From Phyllobates terribilis (Eukaryota): a DNA stretch of 64,000 nt. Shown here piece after piece: positions 1 to 18,600 of this stretch. Position 1 is the stretch's first letter; the number at the start of each line of letters is the position of its first letter. Under the pieces are notes generated by a model. That model worked only from the letters and a program-made list of their open reading frames with translations. It searched no databases and was not told where the DNA came from. Where the stretch lies: contig NW_027362767.1 of assembly GCF_046119375.1 (NCBI RefSeq), forward strand, positions 384,896,001 through 384,960,000. The letters are read 5' to 3'. Both the position numbers and the translations under genes were made by a program.

Positions 1-759
1 GGATCATTAAAGACGCTATGTTGGGAGGCTGCATCCGAAAACAGAACTTCTAGAGATGGTGCAGATCGATTTGCAAGACCTGGTCCAGCGGCAAAATCTC
101 TAATCGGCAGCCCCGAATACTCTTTTGATTAGCCGGCCTGGTGGAACGTCATCATCAATCGGGCCAGGTCAGTTAATCAAAAAAAAGAGCCTTGGACGCT
201 GGCAGGTAAGGAGGCTTTTCACAGGCTCATAAATTTCTGACTTGGCCGCTGAATCGGGTCTTATGAATCGATTTGCACCTCCAAAATATAGATTAGTAAT
301 TGAGTGCCCCCTTTAATGTGTGCCCCTCATATATTGTTAACCAACTATGCATAACTGGCCAATGCCCGCGAGTTAGGCGGGCCTATAAATCGGCACGAGA
401 TCCGAGCACAGTGCACGGACTGGCCGGCGGCTCTCCTGACCAAATCGTGACAGCTACACAGAAATACACGAAGCCGTCACTTTCAGGTCAGAAGAGCCAA
501 CGGCCAGTCCGTGCACTGCGTTACAATCTCGTTCCGATTTATACGGCCATTTCACTGCGCCCTAATATTTACTTTTCTCCATGGCCAAAACATATGGGGG
601 ATGGAGCTTGCAGGGGGCAACTGGGGCATGTACCCCTGGTGCTGAGTACCAGGAGTGGAGTCAACAAGCCTCTTATCATTAGTCAGGTTGATTAGTAGAG
701 TTGAGCAAAAAAAAGATTTGTGCTGCCCAGCATCCACTCCAGTCCTCTGTAGCAAGCCC

Positions 760-953
760 GTCTTTACTACTGGAGCCGGCATCCTCAGCCTGGTATCCTG
801 GGCACCTCTGGGGTTTATTAGATCCCGCAAGTCATGACGTTGCAGCTTGTTGCCCGTCATGAGGTCCTATGAGTCCTAGTGGTTACGTCATGATGTCACA
901 AAGTCTAGTAAGTGCAAGAGGCGCCGAGGATGCTAGCTGCAGTAGTGGAGAAC
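760..953. mobile_element. Palindromic MITE-like element (degenerate inverted arms) in the last MAP3K10 intron
   Basis: Arm 760-789 (gtctttactactggagccggcatcctcagc) is an imperfect reverse complement of 923-953; the centre has gtcatgacgt/acgtcatga symmetry. Outer ends not resolved. Confidence 0.4.
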
Positions 954-960
954 GGCTGGC

Positions 961-1460
961 ATGGAGGACCTGACTGACCAGAGGACCTGACTGCACGGAG
1001 GACCGGACTGCACGGAGGACCGGACTGCACGGAGGACCAGACTGCACGGAGGACCGGACTGCACGGAGGACCGGACTGCACGGAGGACCGGACTGCACGG
1101 AGGACCTGACTGCCCGGAGGACCGGATTGCACGGAGGATCTGACTACCTGGAGGACTGGATTACACAGAGGATTGGACTGCAAGGAGGATCTAACTGCAC
1201 GGAAGACCGGATTGCACGGAGGACCGGACTGCCTGGGGGACCAGATTACACAGAGTACTGGATTGCAAGGAGGACCTGATTGCAAGGAGGACCTGACTGC
1301 ACGGAGGAGAGGATTACACAGAGGACTGGACTGCAAGGAGGACCTGACTGCAAGGAGGACTGGATTTCACGGAGGACCTGCCTGCCCAGAGGACCAGACT
1401 GCCCGGAGGACCGGGTTACACAGAGGACTGGACTGCAAGGAGGGACCAGATTGGACTCCG
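961..1460. repeat. 17-bp minisatellite (ggaggaccggactgcac), degenerating toward the 3' end
   Basis: Tandem units are directly visible. They explain the periodic ORFs 883..1098, 905..1336, 1173..1502 and others. Confidence 0.9.
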
Positions 1461-1746
1461 GACCAGGCAGCACAAACCATTTTTCTCAACTCTTGTGATT
1501 AGGTGCAGGACTAAGGCATAAACTAAACTTGTGACCAGGTGAAAGAAAGCCCAATATCAATCCCTAGAGTATGAATACTCCCTATAAACCTGCGCGGCTA
1601 CTTTGAATGAACAATTACACTAATTCATGTATGTTCAGGAGATCGTCGAGCATCGGTCACGACTGGCACTAAAGATCTCCAGGAGTTAGAAGTCATAAAT
1701 GGGATCTATTTGCAAAGTCTAATAACAATCTGTTTTATTCTCACAG

Positions 1747-2141
1747 GTTCCAAAGAGCACACTCCTTTTCCTCGCCTTCCGGACCCCCACTTTGTGTTCC
1801 CCCCTCCAGCCAGACGTAAACCCTACGACAAGGATTTAGCAGTAGAAAGACCAACCACTTTGGAGTTTGCCCCTCGGCCTCGACCCTCTTCTAGCCGGCC
1901 TCGTTTGGACCCTTGGAAATTTGTGTCCCTTTCTCGGACTCACAGTTCATCTCCATCCGGCAGCGGAGGGGATGGCAGCTCCAGCGGATCCACAGATGGT
2001 ATCCAGGCTGGGGGAGTTGAGGAGACCCTGCTGGACATGGAGGTGGAAGGACAGAGACTGGACAACACTGTCCCTCTGTGTGGGGGAGGGGTGCGAGCAC
2101 AGACTGACCCTTATTATAATATGGGAGACGACGTGTCTTAA
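1747..2141 (+). CDS. MAP3K10: Final coding exon of mitogen-activated protein kinase kinase kinase 10 (MLK2)
   Basis: Acceptor ttttattctcacag|GT at 1746/1747. Translation includes FPRLPDP, RPTTLEFAPRPRPSSSRPRLDPWKFVS and TLLDMEVEGQRLDNTVPLCG, the characteristic MLK2 C-terminus. Stop TAA 2139-2141. Position convergent with TTC9B matches mammalian synteny. Confidence 0.9.
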
Positions 2142-2677
2142 TGTTCGAGGCTATCGGCACCAAGTATTATTCTGCTGCTGCCTCCTGCAGGAAACAAGCG
2201 GCTCTTATGAATGTATTTTGTGGATGTAACCCAACGGGTATGAAGAAAATAAACAAGTAAATTAATTAAGGGGTCGTTCCTCATCCCCCAACTTTATTCC
2301 TATGGTCAAGAGCAGCTGAAACAGAGAAAACAAGGTCCATTGTAGGAATCCTCAGCTGAAGCCTTGGGGGGGCCTAGTAACCTTTTAAAAATCCCCCAAA
2401 TGTAACGTGATCAGTCCTTGGATTGGATTATCTTATTGATTTCTGTGAAAATGACTGAGCCTTTGCTTAACCTACCTGTGTTTACAAGTATCCTTACCAC
2501 CAAGCCGTGTCTTGGGACATCAAAGACCTTGCTGAAATTTTGGGAATCACTGGTTTAGTTCCATTGTAGCATGGCAGTAGTCGGGATGTAGTGACTTCCA
2601 GCAGCTAAAGGGTGCAAAACGTCCCCCCCCCCCCGACTTTCTCCATCCGTTGTCGTCTTAATGGTGACTGAAGTATT

Positions 2678-2683
2678 AATAAA
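2678..2683 (+). terminator. Candidate polyadenylation signal of MAP3K10
   Basis: AATAAA about 540 nt after the stop. Other AATAAA hexamers occur near 2248 and 2786. Confidence 0.45.
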
Positions 2684-3671
2684 GAATTTTACCAATCTGG
2701 TCTATGGCACGTAGCTTAATTAGTGATATCTGGATATATTACTGCTACACAGGCGACATGGGGGTTAAATAGTTGAGAAACCTGAATAAATCAATAGTAC
2801 AAATAAGTAGCAGAAACTTTGTGATATATCTTATCTGTGAACTGTGCTTCCTTCTCCTTTTATGAGCCACTTCCCCCCCCCAGCTCACTGAGGGATCAGA
2901 TTACAGCTGCCTATTGAAGCCTACAAAGATGGGAGAGGGTAAGGAACTGAGTGAGAGAACAGACAGAAAAATACATTGTGTGCATTGATGCTGTCTAGTG
3001 TTTTTTTTCCCCTCAATTGGAGCTGAATTCACAGCTACACTGCTCAGTATTGGTGTATAATGTCCTCCATGTTGCTGCTTCTTAACGCGTGCTACAGAGA
3101 CAGAGGAACAGGAATCACCCACGACTGTACATGGGAGGCATCATAGCTGCTAGTCTCCGCTCACTAGCTTAGAGATGACTGATAATTCGACACAGAGCCT
3201 GTAGAGAGGAAAACTGCAGGATACAAGTCATATAATGTCTAGAAATGGTGTTAATCCCCCATGTGCACAAGCAGCTTATTCTGAAAAGTCACCTGAAATG
3301 ACAAGTACTCTTCAATCCCACTTTAAGGAGTTACTTTCAGGAAGATTTTAGAAACTTCCTAGAATAAACCCTTAAAGGGATTGTCCACCTTTGGGGACTT
3401 TAAATGTTGCCATGTGACTGCGCACTTATTTGGGTGCGTATTTACCGACCCTTCCTCATACTCCATGATGAAATCGCAGGGTGATGTTGATTTACCATGG
3501 CAGCTAGGGGCCTTCAGAAGACCCCCATCTTTAGTACATCTATAAAGCCCAGCCATGCACCGGACTTCATAGGAGATCTTTATATTTACAGTATATTGTA
3601 ATATTAAAGAATTGCATTATTTAGTACAAGATCGTAAGTGCAAGTCAACAAAGGGAACTACTGTACATAGC

Positions 3672-3868
3672 NNNNNNNNNNNNNNNNNNNNNNNNNNNNN
3701 NNNNNNNNNNNNNNNNNNNNNNNNNNNNNNNNNNNNNNNNNNNNNNNNNNNNNNNNNNNNNNNNNNNNNNNNNNNNNNNNNNNNNNNNNNNNNNNNNNNN
3801 NNNNNNNNNNNNNNNNNNNNNNNNNNNNNNNNNNNNNNNNNNNNNNNNNNNNNNNNNNNNNNNNNNNN
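3672..3868. other. Assembly gap (N run)
   Basis: Continuous n characters. Confidence 1.
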
Positions 3869-3899
3869 TATGATGTATATAATATTTATATTATATATA

Positions 3900-5523
3900 C
3901 AGTACAGACCAAAAGTTTGGACACACCTTCTCATTTGAAGATTTTTCTGTATTTCAAGACTTTGAAAATTGTACATTCACACTGAAGGCATCAAAACTAT
4001 GAATAACACATGTGGAATTATATACTTAACAAAAAAGTGTGAAACAACTGAAAATATGTCTTATATTCTAGGTTCTTCAAAGTAGCCACCTTTTGCTTTG
4101 ATGACTGCTTTGCACACTCTTGGCATTCTCTTGATGATCTTCAAGAGGTAGTCACCGGAAATGGTTTTCACTTCACAGGTGTGCCCTGTCAGGTTTAATA
4201 AGTGGGATTTCTTGCCTTATAAATGGGGTTGGGACCATCAGTTGTGTTGTGCAGAAGTCAGGTGGATACACAGCTGATAGTCCTACTGAATAGACTGTTA
4301 GCTGCTTTTTTCTTGCCATAATACAAATTCTAAGTAAAGAAAAACGAGTGGCCATCATTACTTTAAGAAATGAAGGTCAGTCAGTCCGAAAAATTGGGCA
4401 AACTTTGAATGTGTCTCCAAGTGCAGTTGCAAAAACCATCAAGCGCTACAAAGAAACTGGCTCACATGAGGACTGCCCCAGGAAAGGAAGACCAAGAGTC
4501 ACCTCTGCTTCTGAGGATAAGTTTATCCGAGTCACCAGCCTCAGAAATTGCAGGTTAACAGCAGCTCAGATTAGAGACCAGGTCAATGCCACACAGAGTT
4601 CTAGCAGCAGACACATCTCTACAACAACTGTTAAGAGGAGACTTTGTGCAGCAGGGCTTCATGGTAAAATAGCTGCTAGGAAGCCACTGCTAAGGACAGC
4701 CAACAAGCAGAAGAGACTTGCTTGGGCTAACGAACACAAGGAATGGACATTAGACCAGTGGAAATCTGTGCTTTGGTCTGATGAGTCCAAATTTGAGATC
4801 TTTGGTTCCAACCACCGTGTCTTTGTGCGACGCAGAAAAGGTGAACGGATGGACTCTACATGCCTGGTTCCCACCGTGAAGCATGGAGGAGGAGGTGTGA
4901 TGGTGTGGGGGTGCTTTGCTGGTGACACTGTTGGGGATTTATTCAAAATTGAAGGCATACTGAACCAGCATCGCTACCACAGCATCTTGCAGCGGCATGC
5001 TATTCCATCCGGTTTGCATTTAGTTGGACCATCATTTATTTTTCAACAGGACAATGACCCCAAACACACCTCCAGGCTGTGTAAGGGCTATTTGACAAAG
5101 AAGGAGAGTGATGGGGTGCTACGCCAGATGACCTGGCCTCCACAGTCACCAGACCTGAACCCAATCGAGATGGTTTGGGGTGAGCTGGACCGCAGAGTGA
5201 AGGCAAAAGGGCCAACAAGTGCTAAGCATCTCTGGGAACTCCATCAAGATTGTTGGAAGACCATTTCCGGTGACTACCTCTTGAAGCTCATCAAGAGAAT
5301 GCCAAGAGTGTGCAAAGCAGTCATCAAAGCAAAAGGTGGCTACTTTGAAGAACCTAGAATATAAGACATATTTTCAGTTGTTTCACACTTTTTTGTTAAG
5401 TATATAATTCCACATGTGTTAATTCATAGTTTTGATGTCTTCAGTGTGAATGTACAATTTTCATAGTCATGAAAATACAGAAAAATTTTAAATGAGAAGG
5501 TGTGTCCAAACTTTTGGTCTGTA

Positions 5524-5526
<3 letters not shown>
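3900..5526 (+). mobile_element. Full-length Tc1-superfamily transposon, DD38E type, with long TIRs
   Basis: TA on both flanks (3898-3899, 5527-5528). TIRs cagtacagaccaaaagtttggacacacc... extend about 265 bp (3900-4165 vs 5260-5526). Internal transposase ORF. Confidence 0.95.
4348..5364 (+). CDS. Tc1-like transposase (HTH + DDE). Open frame, but native ATG lost by a micro-inversion
   Basis: 338 codons without a stop. Motifs GRPR, WSDESKF, QQDNDPKH and SPDLNPIE; 38 residues between the second D and E. The ORF begins at GTG. Confidence 0.85.
   Translation: MAIITLRNEGQSVRKIGQTLNVSPSAVAKTIKRYKETGSHEDCPRKGRPRVTSASEDKFIRVTSLRNCRLTAAQIRDQVNATQSSSSRHISTTTVKRRLCAAGLHGKIAARKPLLRTANKQKRLAWANEHKEWTLDQWKSVLWSDESKFEIFGSNHRVFVRRRKGERMDSTCLVPTVKHGGGGVMVWGCFAGDTVGDLFKIEGILNQHRYHSILQRHAIPSGLHLVGPSFIFQQDNDPKHTSRLCKGYLTKKESDGVLRQMTWPPQSPDLNPIEMVWGELDRRVKAKGPTSAKHLWELHQDCWKTISGDYLLKLIKRMPRVCKAVIKAKGGYFEEPRI

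Positions 5527-5568
<42 letters not shown>
5527..5568. repeat. (TA)n microsatellite at the Tc1 insertion site
   Basis: About 21 TA units, directly visible. Confidence 0.95.
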
Positions 5569-5572
<4 letters not shown>

Positions 5573-5664
5573 TGAATCACTTCCAAAAATTACAAAAAAA
5601 AGAAAAATAAATATATTTCATATATTGCCGCAAAGTCCAATCTATGAGACTATAAAATACTTTA

Positions 5665-5907
5665 GACTATGTTCTCACATGTTAGGTTTTTCAGCGTTTT
5701 TGATGGCAAAATAGAATGGTGTTCTTTTTTTTCTCAGAACTTTATGTACATGCATAGAGACAGAAGGACATTGAAAAAAAACGCTGAAAAAACGCACAAA
5801 AACCGCAGCAAAACCTGTGTTTTTGACGCAGCTGATTTCCGGCCAGAGATCAGCTTTGCTGCAGATTTGTGACTTAGAAAAAAGCAACAACATGTGTGAA
5901 CATGGCC
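5665..5907. mobile_element. PIF/Harbinger (Tourist-like) MITE
   Basis: Imperfect TIRs gactatgttctcacatg / catgtgtgaacatggcc; flanks tta / ata. Confidence 0.55.
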
Positions 5908-6372
5908 ATACAGTAAACGACACAAGCAAAAATCAAAATGCCCGAATTCCCTGAATTTCTTGCTAGTTTTTCAGTACATTATATGGTAAAATGAATGTTG
6001 TCTTCAGGACTGCATCTAGTCCTGCAAAACACAAGTCCTCGTGCCGCTATAGTGATGGAATAATGAAAAAGTAATGGCCCTTGGTACAAGGGTTGAAAAA
6101 AACAAAAGCACAAAACTGTCCGGGTCCTGAAATTGATGAAGAAAAGAAAAACTTGCAGATCATTTTACCAAAAAAAAAGTTTTTGACATTAAAACTGGGC
6201 AAAATATTTATTCTGTACGTTTAAATAAGAAACTAATTCTTATTATTCACCACCACACAAGAGACCGCAGTCCCAATACTTGAGGAAAGCAATATGTGCT
6301 TCACTTTTTATGTTTTTTTTGTTGTTTTTTTAAACTTTGAAAAACAAATGCAGAAACAGAGTTTGTCGGCTT

Positions 6373-6378
6373 TTTATT
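6373..6378 (-). terminator. Candidate polyadenylation signal of TTC9B
   Basis: AATAAA on the minus strand about 790 nt downstream of the stop. Confidence 0.5.
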
Positions 6379-7163
6379 TACAAAAGAAAGTCCTACACAA
6401 CATCCTTTTCTGAGACTGAAGAACGAGCCACAATTTTCACTTTGTATGGCATGAGGGAGTAGTAGGTCTGTCCGAATTCTGTTTCCCGCTTATGCCGAAA
6501 GTGCAAAGCGTTGACTAGAAGTGTAAGGTGCAGAGGCGGCGTTACATGTAGAGATCGGGTCGGGCGTCACACTTAACATCCATTTTTGTGGAAAGTCCTT
6601 GTAAATCTGAACTCGACGCGGTCGTCTATGCGGGGGGCGACGACAGGTAAGAGAAGCGAAGGTTAGGAATTTTTTTTAAAAGTCTCCGTTTCACGAGGGT
6701 GTAAGAATCAACTCGTGGGATACTTTGTCATTAGGGCAATCCTCGTTAATGAGGCAATATGGCATGGATGAGAACCGAAATTGGGGGCTTCCTTTAAATC
6801 AGCATGCTGTCTCCAGTGCTACAGAGCATGACCCGTCCATATCCGGAGACTTCATACATCTGTGTGTGTCGTCTATCCTTTATAGAAATACACACACATA
6901 CACGTGAACACTTGATGCATGCATTGACACGTTATAGGTAGTGGAGAGGCAGATAGATTTCTAAAATAATCATTTTTTTTTCCTTAAATAAATTTATATA
7001 AAGTGCCAGAGCTGCATTATTCTTCTAGATCGTGTTCTCCGGATGATAGAAAGACTGTTGAGGTTTGCACAGGGCGATGCTCAATATTAGCCGCCATGCT
7101 CTTTGCTCACAGTTCTCAACATACAAGTTTGGTGAAGGGTTAGGGTCGGGTCTAACGTTTGGG

Positions 7164-13642
<6,479 letters not shown>

Positions 13643-14011
13643 TGCCCTCACTGGTCGTGGTCCATGCTGGGGGTATCCCAGCGCCTTTTCCCTCTGTATG
13701 TACGTTCTGTGCATAAGGAATGAACGGCAGAGATGCTGAGGATGCTGGAGAAGGAGGAGGAGGAGAGAGCGAGCTGGAGCAGTCCATCCCCCGCTGCATG
13801 CTGGGTACCACACAGCTGAGCCATCTCTTTTTAACCCCTTGAGTATTCGTCTAAGTGAAAGATTCCCCATACACAGGTCTGGATGTACAGACTCCTAATA
13901 ATCACCTTTATCTATACTGCGTTTACCTATTCCACAGCACTTTACAAGCACAAGAATCTTACAAAAAGTTGAAAAATGTATTATAAAAAAAAAAAAAGAA
14001 TAAATAAAATA

Positions 14012-14243
14012 TCCCCATCTTCATGAACACCTTTCAGCACCAGCAGGGCCATGGTACTTGCCGTAACATCCTTGAATTTTTTGGCCTTGTAGCAGCAGTT
14101 GCCTTCTGGATTGCTCTCCACCACTTTTTGGATCCTGACCTCCATCTGAGAGTCAGGGTTGGTTGGTGCTGTCCCACCACCCACAGTTGCCTGGTCTCCC
14201 ATTGCCTTCACTGATGGTGACATACACAGGTCTGGATGTACAG
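14012..14243 (-). pseudogene. Diverged partial tandem duplicate of TTC9B exon 1
   Basis: 14012-14213 aligns to 13449-13653 (MGDQ...LKGVHEDG), and 14221-14243 is identical to 13868-13890. No splice donor follows. Confidence 0.85.
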
Positions 14244-14334
14244 GATCATTTGGCTACAGCCATCTCTCCCATACATAGGAGTGCTTTGTTAAGGTTAGTC
14301 CTCGAAGATAGAGCAGCTGCCAGACACCCCTGTT

Positions 14335-14665
14335 CTCCCTCCCAGGCTCCTCTGACCTCCTCCTCCTCTCCCAGGCTCCTCTGATGTCCCCCTCCTCCAG
14401 GCTCCTCTCTCTTCCTTTACCTCCTCCTCTTCTGTCCTCCTCCTTCTCTTCCTCCAGCCTCCTCCCTCACCTCCTCCATGCTCCCCTGTCCTCCCTCACC
14501 TCCTCCATGCTCCCCTGTCCTCCCTCACCTCCTCCATGCTCCCCTGTCCTCCCTCACCTCCTCCATGCTCCCCTGTCCTCCCTCACCTCCTCCATGCTTC
14601 TCTGCCCTCCTCCACGCTCCTCCATCCACCCTCACCTCCATTCTCCCCTGCCGTCCAACTCTTTC
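14335..14665. repeat. Polypyrimidine/polypurine tract containing a 29-bp tandem repeat (cctccctcacctcctccatgctcccctgt, about 4-5 copies)
   Basis: Directly visible at 14460-14610. Confidence 0.85.
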
Positions 14666-15460
14666 TCAAGGTGCCTTGTATCGAAAAGAAAATTAGAGAT
14701 CAGTCATTGGAAATCCAACATGCCAGATCCTTTTCTCTCTCACGTAACCTGTCAGGGAAGAATCAGGAGACCCCCATACACATTAGACCAAAGTCGGCCG
14801 AACCCGACAACAGTAATGTGTATGGGGGCCATATAATAAACCATAAATATAACTAGACTGTTCCCCAGAATACATTTAGCTGTCCTTGTCCTGTATCTAA
14901 ATAACCTGGCCGAGGCAGAGACGCTTGTTGGTTGCGCCCCAGCACCCAGGGCACACGCAGCTCCAACCTCCCTCTGAACAACTTATTTAAAGATGTCCTA
15001 GATCTAAAGCAGTAAGTATACAAAATATATTCTGTGAGACATAGTACATACATAAAATTATTCTCTTTATTAAACACATGCCGTTTATAGCTTATTTATG
15101 GGATCGGTTTTGTAGGATTTATATACTGTACACACATTATATTGATAGCTACAGACACACGTTTCTTTTTTTTTTTTTTTTTCTTAAAAGCAAACACTCT
15201 CCGCACTCATCTAAAATACATTTGTTACACATAGGAAATCTACAAATTAATAAATTTAAAACATAGACATCATTTCTATATTCCACATCACATATTTTGG
15301 GATCTGATTATGTAATGTAGATTCTCTTTTTTTCTCCGTTTCTTCAGTGTAGTCCCATAACGTTCATTACAGCACAGATTGTCCTTTATTCTTTTATTTT
15401 CTGACATCGATGGCCCCAATTTTATGACTTTAGGAAATTTCCAGTACCTTCCCAGTAGAC

Positions 15461-15647
15461 TCAGCAAGAATTTGGATATAACAACCCCATACAGTGGGCC
15501 AAGTGTTTGGCGTTGGCCATGGCAGGTCCTGTGCTCACGCCAAGTCTCTGAGGACGGGAAAATTTCTGCCAGGTGGATTTGCAATTGGAGCTGGCACGGA
15601 CGGCGGCTTTTCCCATAAATTGTTGAGGGTGGCTTAAATCTGCATCA
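15461..15647 (-). CDS. CCNP: CCNP last coding exon
   Basis: tcatttcag|T GAT GCA ... TGC TGA; phase 2 matches the previous donor. Confidence 0.82.
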
Positions 15648-18600
15648 CTGAAATGATAGACGACAAGCCCATTTTAAGAGGATATGTAGGATCTTAAGGC
15701 GGATTTATAGTATGTTTAAGAGAATATAAAGCATTTCTTCCAAAACCAGCACCACACTCTTCCATAACTCAACCCCATTAACCTTAACGAGGTTGAACGG
15801 CAATATTACATACAACTGATGGACATGTGGATATTCAACTAATTGGCTTTTTACCACAACCCAATTAAGTATCTAAACATTAGAGATGGTACCTATACAA
15901 GTAGAGTGGTCCTTGTCCCATCTGTTCAGGACTCCAGGTTCCAGATTCCTGCGATACCATCTGTGCCAATGACAATGCGCTACATGCCAAAAGAGCCGGT
16001 TCAATCATGGCTCCATCAGCCTCCAATAGAGTCAGCTCCATAAAGTACATGGCCAGATACTCAACCTGGAGGTGGACAAGTACCCTATATTAATACAGAG
16101 TGACGACACTTAAAAAATTGTCTCCAAAAATGGAAAACTCTTATTTTTATATGAATTTAATTGGAGCGAAAAACAATTTTTTTGCATTTGGGTTACATTA
16201 AAATTTTTGCACCATTTGCCTTCTGTAGCATCTGTGTGTTGCACTTTCCTTTGCAGAATGAGTTAACTGAGAATCCGTCAGTCTGTCCGCTATGACCGTC
16301 TGACGGGGAGTTTGTAGCTTTTATCTATCTTTTTCTGAGCTCCTCTCAGCTGATTTATGACCACAAGCCACAAAGTGTAGTAAAACAAGGAGTTTGTAAA
16401 AGCAAAATGGTGCAAAACCTCAAAAGGAACCCAATTGCAAAAAAAAAGATTTTTAGCTCCAAATACATGCATTTTAGTAAAATAAATAATTAAATAATAT
16501 ATATTTATTATATCCTAAACTGTGTAAATCCCCTTTAATCTAGAATATTCTTCAAGACGTGCAAGATATTTGAGAAGCAAAAAAAAAGACAACCTGCACC
16601 TTTGGTCGGATGAGTTGATGACAAAGATTACGATGATAGGCTAAAATTTACTATACAAATTGGAGGTCTCTATGTTCACAGCTGCGTTTCGGAGCCTTCG
16701 TCATCAGTTCTCACACATCTCATTGCAAGAACGGCGCTAACCGTGCCATCAAAATTAGGACACCATTATAAATGCCACAATGTGACAGCTTCCGATCTGT
16801 GAAATCGCCATAAAGGAGATGTGAACATGGACGTAATTTAACCATAAAAGAGCACAAGGAGTATATTATGGGGGGGAAGGTATAGCCCCTCAATGGGATG
16901 ACTGTGCAGGTAGATTCTGTATCCTATAAATATATTCTATCCTATACTAGGATATTTTGGGCTTACTGGAATAAATAAATGGACTTGAGCGTCTATCCTT
17001 CAACTATACATCAATGTCTGCTCTTGTGGGCTGGTGGGCATTGGTGATCCGGCACCGGGTTGGAGTGCACTTTGTGAACCTTAGATCCTATGCTTGTATT
17101 GGCGTGAGCTTTCTTGGTGCTCGGGTTGATGTCTATACCTACATTATCAGGACACTTCCCAGTAACAGAGAGGAGGCGCAGGAAATGCAGGGGTTGTATG
17201 TAATGTAGCTCAAAGCGCAGGCGGTAGAGAACCTTCTTCTCCATTTTCAGAAGCTCTTTCTTGCTGAAGGCGTCTTCCATCATGAAGCAAAGCTCCGCCG
17301 GCTGTAGGAGATAGATAAATGGATATCACCAGACAGAAAAAAAAAAACAAAGTCAGCTGATGAGCTCACACTTATGGATGTACATGTCGTAAAGGCGAAT
17401 TGTGCTACTGCTTCGATGTAAGATTATAGGGGTCTTGCACATGAGAAGACTACTGTAAATCTCCTTTAGAACAAAGCTCTACAACCTCCATGCTCCTGTA
17501 AAGGACATATTGATATTCATGCTATAGCTACTCCATTTTTGCAGCTTGCTCCTAAAATCATGTTATTATTACTATATATATATTCTTTCATTCTCTTATC
17601 CTGCTTCACACGCAATTTTCTCACAAGAACTTTCTCTCTCAAGAACATTCTATGAGACACCCTGCTCCTGTTATCTAACTAGTCTGAGCCGGGATGTGTA
17701 ACCTTGTAACTTTCCATCATGCACCGAACTAATGATAATATGACCATATGTGTGTTTCCGTAATAATTGTACTAACATTAATTCAAGCCTGTAGTATGGC
17801 TGTAGGTGATTGGCTATTGATATACTCAAAACAATATATAATGCTAAGTAGAAATAAACGGTGTTAGAGATTCTCAAATCCTCCCATACAGAGCTTTGCC
17901 TCCGTCTGGTTTCCTGATTGCAATCAACCTTGTAACATAATAATTTGACACTCACTTGGTCAACCGTGAAGGGTCATTGCTGCCCTCCCTCAACACTCCT
18001 TCTGTGGCTCCGGTGAACTCCATCTGTATGGCAATGCTTTTTGAGGAGAGCCCCTCCTTATGTATGGAGTCCAATAGAGCCTGTCATGAAGTCAGACATA
18101 TGGAGGGATAGTAGAGGACTCATGGACCTCCATAATAGCCACCAACTGGACTGTAATACTGCCATGTGCAATGAGCCCTAGTGATATATTGTACAGCTCT
18201 ATAATGTAACTTGAGTATTAAAAAAAGAATGGCGGCCTCCTTCTACATTACTCCGGCCCCCCAACCCTTAATCTCCAGGAGAAACCTACAGCAGCAACTC
18301 TCGTCTAATGTGGTTCCAGCCCTTATTGGCCCCCTAATATTGATGTCCTTAGAGCTTTGACTATTTGTTTAGAATAGCGCTTTCTTATTCTACAGATTCA
18401 CTGGATTATCCTTTTTTTCAATCACTTTATTTCATTATTTTACATAGGTTGTCAATTACAGGCAAAGATCCCAAAAAGTTGCCGCAAAAAGTAAAACTTT
18501 TGGGATGATGGTGTCACATTCAACCAAGTTTCGATGGAATGTACTAGTATGAAAATCCACAATTAACAACATTATTCTTGTTTCCCAAAATCGTGGAGTC

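Noticed and set aside
300-1502. ORFs upstream of the MAP3K10 last exon as further MAP3K10 exons
   Set aside because: No MLK-like sequence; composed of MITE-like and minisatellite DNA.
3612-3976. ORFs 3612..3938 and 3617..3976
   Set aside because: They span the N gap and are artefacts.
13684-13692. G_GGA_AAA slippery heptamer in the TTC9B MQRG frame as a programmed -1 frameshift
   Set aside because: The TPR frame is +1 relative to MQRG, so a -1 slip would enter the third, wrong frame.
15045-15460. Cytoplasmic polyadenylation elements in the CCNP 3'UTR
   Set aside because: The 3' end is ambiguous (AATAAA at 15393, 15385 and 15066), and no CPE lies upstream of the proximal signals.
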